A stretch of 64,000 bases of DNA, from NCBI GenBank assembly GCA_973851085.1, contig OZ316775.1:10602001-10666000 (forward strand). Reading direction: 5' to 3'. The first letter of the stretch is position 1. Each line of letters begins with the position of its first letter. The position numbers and the translations under genes are program-made. The DNA is from Ptychomitrium polyphyllum (taxonomy: Eukaryota). The notes beneath the pieces are model-generated. The model had not been told where the DNA came from and ran no database searches. It worked only from the letters and a program-made list of their open reading frames with translations. Below are positions 1 through 13,866 of this stretch, piece after piece.

Positions 1-3000
1 TTTGTGTACTTACGCACGAGATGAGTCTCAAGTTGATGGTACGCCACTATATCTCATTTTGGCTGTAACGCTAATGAGAACAAGTGAACAACAGAAGATT
101 GCAGAAATGAGTTCAGTGTAAATTCATTTAACTCAAATTTATAAAATGCAGTATTGTTTTGTCATGCAACGTGAATTTTGAATTTAAACTCTAGGAAGAA
201 ACAATGGTAATAGACTACTGACTTTTGTGCAAAGCACACATTACTTCTATGAATGAGCATTGATTCTCTCTAGTTGCATGTTGACACTAATGATACTTCA
301 ATGCCTGATACCACTTGAGCAAGGTAACATACAAGGTCCTATAGTGCAGGCGGCCATGTGAAGTGGATATGGAATAGTAATATTTCAAGTTAATATACTG
401 CATTTAGCCTACAGAACATCAAATTTTTTGCATTGTTTCTGTCATTGCAACCGTCATATCAAAGTTTATTATCCCATCAGAGCCTAGACTACCATTTTTT
501 ACTTATAAAAGGAAGGAAAACCATTGGAACTCATAATCTGTTGTGAATTGGCGTTTGCAAAAATCAGTTAAAATTTCTAACAGAATGCACATTTTCCACT
601 CAATGTACAAGCACCTTTTATGTAAGCAAACTTAAAATTTAAGAGCACATAATTTTTATGTAATTGTGGACATAGTTTTGTATTTGTGAAATAATGAGAT
701 TTCATATTTATATCTTGATTTAAAATGATACGGTTTGCACCTTTTCAAATACATTATCAAATCAATCAAATAATGATTTCAAATATCATTCGAAATGATG
801 TATCCTATAATCATTATCTGTTACAGTATGAACGTGATGGTATATTTCATTATATTATCTTACTTTTCTATACATTCTAATAAGTGTAGATGATCTTTTT
901 TAAAGCTTATAATTATTCTATATCCAATATCAACTTCAATCACAGAGTATGATCTTGAACTTAGTACCATCCAAGGTTGCACATGTCATTTTACAAAGAG
1001 ACATGTCATTTCTTCCTCCCGTGTTCCCCAAAGTAGTTGCCTAGAGCTGTAGAGTTGAAGGGTTATTGTACAACCACAAGGATTCTTGCTGTTGAAGCTG
1101 AGAAAGCTTTCTCATTCTTGTCCAAGAGCAGTTCTGAATTTGGTAGTCCAAGTTGGGAAAAAAATTAAAAAACTTGGTAAAAACTGTGATATGTGAATGA
1201 GATGTGAATGAGAGAAAAAAATATTGAATATAACTTGAAATAATTTTAACATAAATTCTAAATGTTGTTTATAATGATTTCAAAGAATATCCCATTTAAA
1301 CACATAAAAACAACTTAAGAGCATGTAATGTTTTTGATACTTGAATATTAAAAAACATGTTGTTAAATTTATATAATTAAAAAAATTGATGGTATTACAT
1401 CTGATGTGATTGATTTATTAAAAGTATATGGTTCAAGTTACAAAATTGTTGTTATAATGTTCCTTGATGGTTGTTACTTAATCTTTTCAACATATAATTT
1501 GACTAATTTTTATATAAGCTTAATATCTTAATATACATGCAATTTTGAATGCATTAGATTTATAAAAGGTTTATAAGAACTTTTAGAATCACAAATATGG
1601 TTTTTTATTAAATATTTTTGAAACTTTCAAACAAGGCATCGATGGAGAATTGGAATTCCAAAAATCAAACCAATAATATGTTTAAAAAAAAGTTCCAAAT
1701 ACATTTGATGCACCAAAAAATTTATTTGAATTTGTATATAATTAAGAAACTTTTAAAATATTGATTAATAGAATTTCATAGTTTTTAATAGATTAAAAAA
1801 CTCCAATTGTTTAACACTCACTAATCATTAATTTTGAACATTTAACAACAATGAAAATTTGAAAAACATACATGTGTAAATATACATGTGCAAAATGATA
1901 ATTAAGTGAATAAAGAGGGTTTTATTTAAACATATTGTATTGGAATCACTTATACAATTGCAAGGTTATGACCTTATCAATCCATACATAGTTTGCAAGA
2001 ACTTAGAACTTTCAAAGATTCTTAATGCAATTGATGTTACAAACAAGAACCATGTTTTAATTGATTTTCTTATAAGTAGAATCATGTCACATGCATATAA
2101 GTGGATTTATCCCAAGATAAAATTCATAAATTATCTCAAACTTTTAAATTGCTTATAATGTTAAAAGAATCACAAATTTTTTAATTTAATAAAGAAGACA
2201 CAAATATAAGGTAGACAACATTTGACATGGTATTAAAAGATTGTGTTTAGGAAAAACATGTATTAATATAAAAAAATTCTAAAAGGTTTCATAAAAGCTT
2301 CAATGTTCACCATAAACATTATGTAATAGCTTACCTACAATGAGACTATCCTTTTGGAACTGAATCTTCTTTCAAGATCCACTTTGGATCCATTTTCCGC
2401 TTGGAATTGGAGATTGACGACCTGGCACGTGTACAGAGCTATTCCATTTTCCCCATTTTGTATTTATTTTGTACCCATTTTGTACTTGAACACTCTGAAT
2501 CCAGAGGATAAAACAGGGAGACACTGATCTCTCACACGAATGTAGAATGTTTAAACTAAAGAGGGTCATTAGTTTGTTGATCAGTCATTTTGTGACATTT
2601 TTATTCTTAGGTCGTAAAAACAAGAGTATCATTGTATACCTTCACCTCCTAAATTCTGACGCAAGAGAAGCCTATCAGATGGCATTGAGAGCCAAGCGCT
2701 GTAGTGAATTTCAAAAATACAGAAGCTGTGGCAAAGAAAGCTGAGATTTACTGACCACGGGGGTCTCTAGACCAAAAAGAGCTGCAAAGACGACGGTTTA
2801 CAGCGATCATCCAGTTTCAAGTTAATAAAAAACCTGTTATCACTATAAGCAGTATGGACAAACAAAAGCTGAAGACCGACTGTTGGAGCAGACAATCCAC
2901 TCAAGAGCCCATCCATGTTAGAATTTCCAGATGGATACTACAGGCGCCTTTCCTTGTCATCAAGCTGCAACTTTCAACGATATGTGTTCTGTTGTGAAGA

Positions 3001-3235
3001 GTGCTCATAATCCTGTAACATAATAGGAAGCCCTAGAGTGCAACAACAACCATTAACACTGTAATACCATTGGAGAAAAAGATCCTTTAGCATGATCAAA
3101 ATATCAGGGCAGAGTTGGAGTACTTACAAGGACTACGAGTCAGGCAAACAATTCTAACCCAATTCAGGATGTTTTCATATACTCGTCGTGTGATTTATAA
3201 TGAAGTTCTAGAATGAAGTGGACAATGACCTCTAA

Positions 3236-5373
3236 CTATTCTGTGACAAGCCGGCTTAGTGACTCGATTAGCTGCTTCAAATTATTCCTCGTTTTTGCAT
3301 CCCCCGTCACCCCACTAACGTCTCTGCTGATGCTCTGCAAGCACCAAATCGATCGATGCATTAGAAATGAACACAATTAAGTTTCCTTATTCACTAGACA
3401 ATACCTCAAAGCTAATTCATCAACAAAATGATGTAAGAAATTCAAAACAAAGTAAACAAGATCGATACAACAAAAAGGCTTACCTCTACATGTTGTAAGG
3501 TTTTGGTCAACGTGGACACCGAGTCTCGTAGTAATTCCGTGTTATCCGAGGTCAACACTACTTTGTTCAAATTACTGCAAAAATGAAACAAGCATTCAGA
3601 ACCAGAATAACGTTTGGTATTGACCAACGTTTCAAATGGTCAATTCAACTAAGAATGGCTTTTCAAAGCCAATATGCAATCTAGAAAACTTGTAAGAATC
3701 TCCCAAATAAACAATTCAGCACAAACGTGTTCTTAGCTTAAGTCCGTAGAATTGATTAATTTGTTATATTTAAACCCTTCAATAAATAATGGCACGTAAC
3801 CCAGACACGACTTCTTTGACGTCACCATTACATCAGGTTGTCCAAACTGCAGTTACGATCTCAAAGTGCATTGTTTTTCTCCCTTATCATATACAACTAA
3901 GCCTAGTTCGTCACAAAGTTTGGTAGCATGGACATTCATTGGATTTCGCATGCCTCACACGGCCGACTACGTTGAGAAGTGAACCCATCTTACTGTTTCG
4001 AGCTAAAAAGGAAAAATAATGACAAGCTCGCACCAGTTCCTCATTGGCAAGTGGCAAAAGTAAGCCAGAAAAAAGATCATAAGCATGCACAAATTACCTC
4101 AAGTCGCGCCCTGCCTCCACAGCGACCTTTGTCAAATTCTCGAAATCCTTGAGAAGCCCACCCTCCCTCACCTCTTTCAGCAACGGTTCAATGTCACCGG
4201 CCATGGACTGGACCTGCACAGCCATGCCCTTGTGATGTCATATAAGGCATACATAACAAACATAATGCTGAACAATTAATCCTGAGTTCTATCCACAAGG
4301 TCTGCTGCATTGCATTCAGAGATGCCTCGTTTGCCAAAACCGCATCACCCATTATTGTTCAAGATATTTTCTTTCTGCTCGAGAATCTTTACCTTCAAGA
4401 GCAGCGGTCTGGCCTCTTGGACGGCGTCGCCGAGGCGTTCAGCCATGTCTGCCACGCGCTCTACTCCCAGGGCATCAATCTGACGGGCGATTTTTGTGCA
4501 AATGCCGACCAACTCATCCAGGCTCACACCCTGCTCGCCCTTTATCCTCTCCCTGTCGCACACAATCAGCCCCTCTGAGGAGCAATTAGGATCCAGAGGC
4601 CCTACGGTAGGCTTTGGGAGTGGCCGTCGCGGGGTGACGTCGATGAGCGTCTCACTGATGAGCCCACTTTGATTGACCTCTACCAATGCATTACGAGGAA
4701 CAACGATTCCGGAGTCCGAAAGCTCTACCACCACATCAATTCTCTCAAGGCTAGGTCGCACCTGGACGACATTCCCCACATCCACGCCGCGAATTCGCAC
4801 CGGGGTACCCACAGTGATGCCCTGCGCCTGCTGAAACTCAAACACAGCCTCGTACTTGCGCGTCTGGGCACGAATCTGTTTCCCCTTAACCCACACCAGG
4901 GTGATTGCCAAGACGACCATACCTGACATGACGAAGAGACCCACACCGCCTTCCCACACGCTGCGTTTCCCAAATCCAAAGTTACTCAAGGGACCCAAAA
5001 TTTGTCTCCAGATAGCGCCCGGAAGACTGAAGATATCCCCTTCCACTTTCTGTTCCTTCGGCGACGATGCCTGGTCGCTGCTGCTGTTCGTCACCTTTGC
5101 CCTAATCGCCCCATTCTGTCCCGACGACGACGAGTACACAAGTTCGTACACAAACTTCCCTCCTGTGCCCCTGCCGCCCCTTCCCAATGTCCCCAACCCC
5201 TGTCCCAATCCATGCTTCACCCCCAACCGGGGCGCCATGACCCCGCGCTGCGCTGGCAACCCACCGGACAACTGCATTCTAGCAACTGGGGTGGCAGCGA
5301 GAATTCCAGCCACACCGCTAGAGCTCGCTGACGATAAGGTATGCGAAAGCTCCATGCCCGCTGCTAACGCCAT
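3236..5373 (-). CDS. TGD2: TRIGALACTOSYLDIACYLGLYCEROL 2 (MlaD/MCE-domain subunit of the plastid envelope TGD ABC lipid importer), 4 exons, ~428 aa
   Basis: Exons 5373-4393, 4213-4098, 3574-3484 and 3334-3236 all have GT-AG borders and join in frame (1287 nt). The protein has a Ser/Ala/Gly-rich transit-like N-terminus, 'LSNFGFGKRSVWEGGVGLF' plus a TM helix, an MCE domain 'FEFQQAQGITVGTPVRIRGVDVGNV...VEVNQSGLISETLIDVTP', and ends 'LKQLIESLSRLVTE*'. Confidence 0.93.
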
Positions 5374-5939
5374 GACGGAACGCCCTCCAAAACCCCACAA
5401 CAACCCACACTCACAACCACCTCCTACTCCAGAGCACGCATCAACGCTCTCCTAACTCACCACTATATTCCACCATCCTTTAGCACTTCTTGTGCTCCCC
5501 AAGAATGCAAACTCTCCCAGGGTCTCAACCCCTCACTCTCAATATGAACCCCTCAGAAACAGAGCTTCTGCCCTCCAACATACAAAAACCATACCAACCA
5601 AAATCCGCGAACATAACCATACCTCACACCAATCAAATGAAACGCCTTTACAAGCCTCCACACAACAGATCGACAAGAGCGGAACCCGAAATTGACAACT
5701 CTTCTCTAGAATTCAATGCCAGAGAGTTGAACAAGAGCCTTGGTTGTTGGTGATGATGATGCATTCCACGGATCTGGCTTCGGAAGTGGGGCCACAAGAG
5801 GTTGACGATACAGAATGCTCCTGTTGCAAGCGACGACTCGTCTCATGTGTAAGTTAGCGAGGGTACAACCTGTACTACTCTCCCCTGAAGGAAATTTTCC
5901 AAAAACAGAATTCAAGACGAGTTCTCACTCGTTCAAGCG

Positions 5940-6100
5940 CATGCCTTTCGATTGACGTGACATCTTTCGCAGCGCCACTTGTGCGGCGATCGCGCACACC
6001 GGCGTTAGTCCACCTGATTGGATGGTTTACCTCGAATTCGATGCGAATTTTTTTATTGGATGAGCTGGCCGGCTGACCTGGCTGTTCAGTTGGGTAGCCG
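5940..6100. promoter_or_regulatory. Probable bidirectional promoter between TGD2 and the plus-strand unit
   Basis: GC/CpG-richer segment between two divergent transcription units. It contains TGACGT (~5953) and two ATTGG (reverse CCAAT) boxes (~6017, ~6055). Confidence 0.4.
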
Positions 6101-6332
6101 GCGTGTTCTAGTTGTAGCCAGCCGAAAGGAGGAAATTAGGTCATCTGTGAGGCGTGCGGTTTCATTGTTGTTGTGATTTAGTGTGCAGCGGGATCCGAGG
6201 AGGGATGATCTGTGGTTGTAGTTAGAACCGGGAGAACGGAGATTTTCGTCGCAGTGTGCATGTCGCTGCGTTGCTGGGCACTTGGATCGTCATATTCGCT
6301 TTTAGTGATGTTGGTTGCTTTGATTTGCAGAC

Positions 6333-8040
6333 ATGGCGTCCAAATTGAATGCGAAGGAGCAAGCTGCTGTCAGAGAAGATGAAAGGGTACGGGATCTTCT
6401 TTCGGTTGCGTCATTTTTGTGGTGGAGCTTTGACTAGTTAGTTTGGTCTATCGATTCGAAATTGCAGGCTTCGGGAAGAGTCTTTTCTTTCACAGTTTTA
6501 CAAAATTGTTGATGCTTGATTGTGTTGTTGACGATCCATTTACGTGTTTGGAGTTGGTCTACCGGGAGCCATTTCACATGCATACGGATATAGATTCACA
6601 TTCTACTTGCTTCTGAAACTCATGCCTACCGTTTGCAGCACATATACTAGATCCATGTCGCAACTTGACGATTATTTTTGCCCGAACACAGGGCAGCGTT
6701 GTCATGGCAGCTCAGTTTTACGGGAATCGAAAAGAGAACAGAGCAAGGTTTGTAACTCGCATCTTCTTTAAGCACATTATGTGTATGAGTGAGAAAGTGG
6801 AGTTCTGATGAGGCAATGCATGAATATATATCGGTAACCTACACCAGTAGATGTGGGACTGTTCTGGTAACTTACTGAAATTGGTTTTGACAGCAACATG
6901 GATTGGCGATTAGGACTTGCCCTTGATTGGATGTAGGAAATTTGCCTCCGGTGAATCGAAACCTGTCCTGCTAATGAAATTATGCACTGTAAACATGTCA
7001 AATTAGCTGCAATGTACAGATCCACCTGCGGCTGAGACACTTTGATTTCCTTCTATCTTCTGTGAAGTAGAAATAGTATTTGTACAATGTTGGCAGAATC
7101 ATCTTCAGTCATCATCTACTGAAACTTAGTCTACTTCATTCGAGACTTCACTGTCCACATCGTGGTGAAGAACCAGTGTGAGAGCCCTATGCGCCCTATT
7201 TATCTGTAAGTTCACTCTAGTCGTATCTTCAATACATACGTCAACCTTAAACCCTAGAACAATGGTTGTTAATTTCTCGCGATCTGTCGACTTTGTGAGG
7301 TCCTCGGATGATTGTTCAAAAGTTGTGCACATACGATGATTGTTCGTCATGTACAGCTCGGGAACTTACAGTGAGTTTAAGATCAAGAATTGTGCGTGGA
7401 CAATTTTTCATCAGGATTTTTAACCTAACACAATGTCGCTATGAATTTAATTAGCTTTTGATGAAGGTAAGGTTCTCAGCATTGGGTTGTTGTATTCATA
7501 TTCTCTTGGGTACAAATATTTTCCTCTCGCAATGCACCGAGGATCTCATTTTCTTACCGCGACGTGCTTGACGGGAGGAGAGCGTACGGAAGGGTGTAAG
7601 TTAATCGACACCAACAGATGGAGGTTAGCAATTCATGCATTTCTGTGCTGGTCGGTTTTGCTGAAGCGTTTCTTCCAAGAATTTCACAATCAACTTGTAT
7701 TTCTTCAGGTACAATTTGTTGTTGTAACAGAAACCAATACATGGTTGCTGGATTGTTAGGTTGAGTTCTAGCATACCTCGCCATACAAGCATTGCTGTGA
7801 TATAGTACATTATTGTCTTATTGCCAGTAGAGTATGGAGAATCGCTTTGTAAGTTGATTTCATCGTCATGATCAGAAAGTAGAATCTAAGGTTTCATCTC
7901 CTTAGCATGTATCACACCGCCACCATCTTCAGTTGGTGGAAGTCTGGGTGATCTCCACCTCGGCTTTCTCGGTGTAGAGTTAGCTCGCAGATCATCCACA
8001 TTGTGTTCTTCAGGACGGTTACCGTCCGGCCTGTAAAGAG
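6333..8040 (+). other. Unidentified multi-exon transcription unit with micro-exons (small-protein gene, pseudogene or lncRNA)
   Basis: ATG at 6333 directly follows a TTTGCAG acceptor. Candidate exons with canonical splice signals: 6331-6386 (MASKLNAKEQAAVREDER), 6692-6747, ~7097-7205, 7357-7370 (14 nt), 7455-7466 (12 nt), ~7574-7595, ~7667-7708, 7828-7848 (21 nt), 7906 onward. No family recognised and no single fully open spliced frame established. Confidence 0.45.
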
Positions 8041-11000
8041 GTTGTATAGATGCAAGAGGAAGTTTATTAAAATTTAGTTTCAGATTCCTTTTCACGGCCT
8101 AGGGTGCTGTATTTGAGGTCTCGTTAGAATAGATTCGTTTTCATCAGTCTAATTTGTAACTTTTAATGGATAATGTACAGCTTACAGTAAAAATGCAGCA
8201 TTTGCTACTGTACTTATGTTTAGGAGCCTAGTCTGTGTTCTAAGAAAAGAATGGCCCATAGTTTGTGATACTTTGGGAGCAGTTAAAACTAGACAGTTAT
8301 AAGGTGTTGTATTTGAAATTTTGGTGGACGTGAGTTAGTGCTTCACATTGCAGGCTTGTAAATGATGACTTCTACTAACTACTTGAGGTGTTTTGCTCTA
8401 CCTGATGCTCTAGGATCATATGTTTATGTGTTGAAAACACTGGTTAGCTTCACCTTTCTTCACCTACCCTAAGTTTTGGTGCCTTAGCTTCATGAAATCG
8501 TTGGTAAGCATAACCATTTTATTGTTGCTGAAGAACACAGCGAATGTGACATAGAGGATTGCTTTTGAGTGGGGGATGTCAAAGTAGTCCATTGTACAGA
8601 TTTCACAAGTGCATAGGCAGTGTGAACATTGTGGAAACTCAAGGGACTTCAAAAGGGACACTGCAATACGTCAAATTTAGTTGTAATACGGCATGTCCAT
8701 CTACACACTTGCACTGCAGACATAAAATTCTTAGAACATTCCGTTGTCCTTGCATGTATATCTAAAGGGAAGAATTTTGGAGAGGCAAGAACAAAATTGC
8801 CAAGAATTCTATTTTTCACATCATAAGAAATGGTTACTTTTTGGATTAAAACCATCCCTTTGATCAAAGAAACATTGAAATTAGTCTGAAAAGAATTGTC
8901 AGCCATGTTTGCACATGTACTTGAGCAAGCTCTCTTCAAGGCAAGGCGGGAGAACTTAGCAACAGGATTGAATCAGCTACCAATACTAAGAACGATGTGT
9001 ATTTGTTATTTTTCTTTAACTTGAATGTTGTTTGCAAGTCTTTGCTTTATTATAAAGAAATTTAGGAAATTTTACAAATTATTTATTTCTTTTTACAAAT
9101 ATAAATGATTTATACTCACAAACGTTGGTACTTCTTGACAAGCATCTACTAAAAATTATTGTTCCATTATGGTTTCTTATTTGTACATGCTCAACACTAA
9201 GAAGCAAATGTAATACATCATTCAAACTTGGCATAAACTATTACGCCTCAATTCCATACCAATCATATTATGTCCAAGCTTACAAATCAATTTATTGAAT
9301 TTATATATTGTGATGAATGTTCTTTTTCTTTTTTTTAAATCTATAAAAATACTAACATCTATAAGACAAATTTTACTTAGATCTAGTATTGTTTATAACC
9401 ATCAAAAATAATTCTTATACAAAGACACATAATTCATTCATTATTACACTTCAAAATCTTTAAGAAATCAATAATAAAAAAACACACACATATAAATAAT
9501 CAAATATACCTACACTTATTAAATTCAAAATATAGAATCTATCCTAGAAAAAGACAATAGTTCTTTACTATTGATTTATATCTTGTGGATTTAAATTATG
9601 AAATGTGAAATGAATAAATTCTTCATGTAAGTTAGTCTACTTGGCAAGAGTTTTCTTTCTCTCTAAGTTTGTGATTCTTTGAATGCTTACTATTAGTTTG
9701 ATTTCATACTTCAATATGTTTTTATGCACAATTATAATAATGCTATGTTTCTCTAGGAAATGAATAGCTATGCATTTAACCTAAAATGTTCTTTCAAATT
9801 TTATTTAAGAATTGCTAGTTTGGCTATAACATTCTTAAACTATCATAAAAGCAATCTTTGGCTATACTAAACAATTCTTTACACATTAAAAGAAATGATT
9901 TGATTTTGTGAGCAATGTCCTAAGTTTTCAAAATTATGAAGATTACAAATATATTCTTGGTATTTTTTGAAGAATTCTTATAAAATTTTCTTATTGATAA
10001 GTTTTAAGTCCATATATTAATAGTTCTTGGAAAATATCTCTAAATAAAAGTTATCAAATATTGTAGCTTTTTTTAATAAGTATTTTAGCCATTTTAAACA
10101 AAAAAACTAAGCTTCCAAGATTTCCAAAAGTAAACTTTTACATCACTTTTTTCATATAATATATATATGATACATTCCGAACTGCATTAAAATTATTTTT
10201 TCACTTGTGACTATGATTTAATTTATTTTTTAAATTATTTTGGTTAATATTTTCAAATGGTGTTCAAAAGTATGTTTTAAAGTGTGTTAGAATTTTATTT
10301 TTATATGGCTATGATTAAATATAAAGAACATTGCATTTTATTGGTAGTAATTATGTTCAATTGCCTTCAAATCACAATCATAAGTATTATTTTTTTAAGG
10401 GCAATTCACTTTAATGGCTAAAGAATGTTATGTTTTATAACAGTACAGGAAGATGGCATATTTGTTATTAATTAATTTTTTTAATAAATGATTTTTTTGG
10501 AACTGGAAACTTATAGAAAAGAAATAGCAAGGAATTTTGGAGAATATATCCATTTTAAATTATATTTGTTAAAAAAATCAAATTATTTGTTGAAAAGGTA
10601 ACAACTTTGCTATATAATTACATTACTTAAGCAAAATTATTATTAAATTAACTAGTTAAATTTTAGCTATCTTATTAGATTATTAGATTGGATATAATAT
10701 ATAAAAGAAGTTTAATTTCTATTTATGAAGTTTTTTGATACATTTAAAGACCAATTCTAATCCATATATCAAACTGTCAAAGAAAAATATTTTTATTTAT
10801 TTGGAATCAATACTTGAGAATATCAATATCAAAATTTCATTGAATAATCATATAAAATAAACTTAAGTTTTTGGAATTGAATGGCTATTAATTCTATCAT
10901 CAAAACCATATTCAATTGAAAAATAAAAGAGCCTATATGTCAAGTCATCAATTTTAGTTCATATTTTTGCAAATTCCCTACCATATGGCTTCATGTATCA

Positions 11001-13010
11001 ATCACATGTACCTTCATTATTATTTCTTATTAATTTTTTAATTCCATTCATTCTACAATCAATGAAGAACCATCCAAAAGAATTAAGGATTTATGAATTT
11101 GTCATGCTGATGTACTGCTTAATCAAAACAAAATCTACTACCTTCTAAAATAAAACCAAATAAAATCTTGGATATTTTTAAATGGTTTTTTTTTATTTGA
11201 ATTTTTTTTTATAATTAGTATTAAATAGAAGTGTTTTAATTGATTCCAAATCAACAATGTTATAGCATTATAATATTATTCATCCATATTTACAAATACA
11301 AATCATATTAATTGAAAATGCAATTTTTATAAAGTCAATTAAATTAAGGTGATCAAAATTTCACATATTTAAGTAGTCTATTGATACTTCCAACTTCTTG
11401 AATTTTATGACAATAGACATAAATTATTTGTATAGTTATAAGTGTTTTATTGCCAGTATAATAATGAACTATGTGATGGCCAGCATTTCACCAGTTAAAT
11501 CAAATCAAATTTTGCAATTCATTAGTACTAGAAATTTATAAATGTTGCTTGTAAGGTGGATAAAAATACATTTCTTTTAAATTTGATCTATCCATAATAA
11601 TGAATGTCTTATAAATGAAAAATAATAACTCTTTCATAATCAAATCAATTCAGTCTTACAATTTATAAAGGCTTTTATTCAAACCATTATTATTGAGTAT
11701 TGAAATGAAATTTAGAAAATAGAACAACATTTATTCAAAGCAAACTTGATATTGATGTTTTTTAATAGTCCTCTGCTTTTTTTTATCTTGTTATACCAAA
11801 TGATAGCAACTATCTTTAGTAGGCATTTATAGGCCTTAAATATGATATATTTAAATAAACTTATTTAAATAAAATTCACAGGACAAGAAAGATGTTGAAA
11901 GAGCAAGGACTAGATTAAGCTTTAAGAACTTTTTAAGGTGTGAACTAGGTTATTTGACAACTAATTATGATGGTTATAATCTTTGGGTGCCTTTATTTTC
12001 TTTATTCTTTTCAAGTCTTGCTTATATTGGTTGTTGCTGAAGTTTTAAGAGATGAAGATTTGAAATTTTGATGTGATGATGGCAGGTTTGTCATTTTACT
12101 AAACATGAAGTATTTTCTTATTGGCTTCAATTGTTACACAAGACTAATCCTATATGATACAAAATAAAAGCACTTAAAGAAGGAATTTAGTGCCTCTTTA
12201 CTTGAAGCAAACAAGGTGCAATAACTTGTTAATAAGATAATGACACTTGATTCAAATTGCACCAACAGTAGACATTCCTTATTGTTAGTTTTTTGGACTA
12301 AAATTGTATGCAAGTGTTGTTCTATTGTTTTGTTTTTTATAGAAAATTTGTATAACCTTTACAATGTAGTAAGTCCTTTATTGGTTGCAATAGATTAGAA
12401 GATTGCAAGATTTTAGCATTACGGTGAAGATAAAAAATGCATGTAGATTCTACAATATTTACTTTTTAAGCAGTCAAATGGAATGAGTGTTTTATAACCT
12501 TATTTTAAAATTTTCTATTGACAAAAAATGTGAGCATTTAAGTAATAGAATATGGATGCTCAAATATTTTAGGTTAATAATGAAGTGAAGTTTGATAGAG
12601 TGGTATTTGTATTAGCAAGTAATTAGAATGGATTTGGAACTGTAAAAGAGTCTTCTAAGTGTTTAATATGCAAAAGTATACTTGAAAAGTATTAAAACGT
12701 ATTATATTTAAGCATCTTGTTAAGAATCTAAATTAAAAATCTTGTTCATATTCTTAACTTTCAATAAACACAAATTTAGTGCTAATTAAATAAAACACAT
12801 CCATCTAAATATAAAAACCAATAATATTATAAGAATTGGTTTTTTAATAGATTAATTAATAATGTGCTTCAAATATTTAAACGATTTAATTATTCACTTT
12901 CTAAATTTTTCAAATGAAACTTCTATAAGAAAAAAATTGTATTCAAGCAAATAACAAAAAATTTACAAAAAAAATTTAAAGACGCATATTATTCTTAAGA
13001 AATGTGTGAT

Positions 13011-13866
13011 TGTTCAATAATCTTATTGCTTTTATTTTTGGTAGATTATAGGTCTTTTGTCATATTGGTACTCTTCCTTCCAAATTCAACTCTTTATCTT
13101 AACCAAATGCTTCTATTTTGACCCATTTGACATAACCTCCGCACTCTTTAAAGACTAACCTCCTCAAAGTTCATCTCTTGGCTCTCCAAATTCTAAGACC
13201 CCTTTCACTTCAATGCTCCATACTCCTCCACTAGGAAGTGTCAAGGCTTTGAACTTTGTATGTTGGTATTATACTTCATCAAAAAACACATCTTTCAAAT
13301 CTTATATCAAAAAGATTTACCAATCATACACAATGATCCAAATGCACAATCCAAGCTCTACCAATTTAATATTTCAAAAGAAAATGTTACCAACTCATGT
13401 ACATGGTGCATTCCAATACCTTTCAAAGTGCATGCTAGCACGCCAAAACTTTATCATATACCTTGACATTTCCAAATCAACTTTAAATGCTCACTAGTAC
13501 AAATTACTTCCTTCTCCAATCATTAATCATTTTATCCTACATCCATGGCTCATAAACAATCAAATTGGTATTAGCACCCAATTTTTCGGATGGAAAGTTA
13601 ACACACATTCATTTTGCACAATAAGCCTTTTTATTTGGTCCAACGATAAGCTTCTACATTTTGATTACCAATTTTTTATGTATCACTATTCTAATTCTTA
13701 AAAATGAGCCTTTTTAGTCATCAATCAAATGATTGATCTTCAACCAATACAACTAGGATATAGACCAAAGGAATATAATACTAACATTAATATAATTGCA
13801 CGTTTGAAATGGCAAAATAAAACACACAAATGCTTGCAAATTAGCCACAAAGCAGCCCACGTCACA
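13011..13866 (-). mobile_element. LTR-like repeat, copy A (inverted relative to the copy at 33040-33825)
   Basis: Reverse complement aligns with 33040-33825 and has TG...CA ends in element orientation. The ORF track gives identical translations in both copies. No TSD found. Confidence 0.7.

Noticed and set aside
4669..5455. Plus-strand ORFs of 199, 109 and 85 aa
   Set aside because: Antisense shadows of the GC-rich TGD2 exon 1; no recognisable domain.
6062..6076. GAGCTGGCCGGCTG resembling the start of moss miR533
   Set aside because: Partial match only and no supporting hairpin.
8361..8405. C-box (ATGATGA) and D-box (CTGA) like motifs suggesting a C/D snoRNA
   Set aside because: Only ~45 nt apart, with no terminal stem and no convincing rRNA-complementary guide.
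13213..13497. Duplicated 94-aa and 68-aa ORFs (also at 33339-33623)
   Set aside because: They lie within an LTR-like repeat; the identity reflects DNA duplication, not protein conservation.
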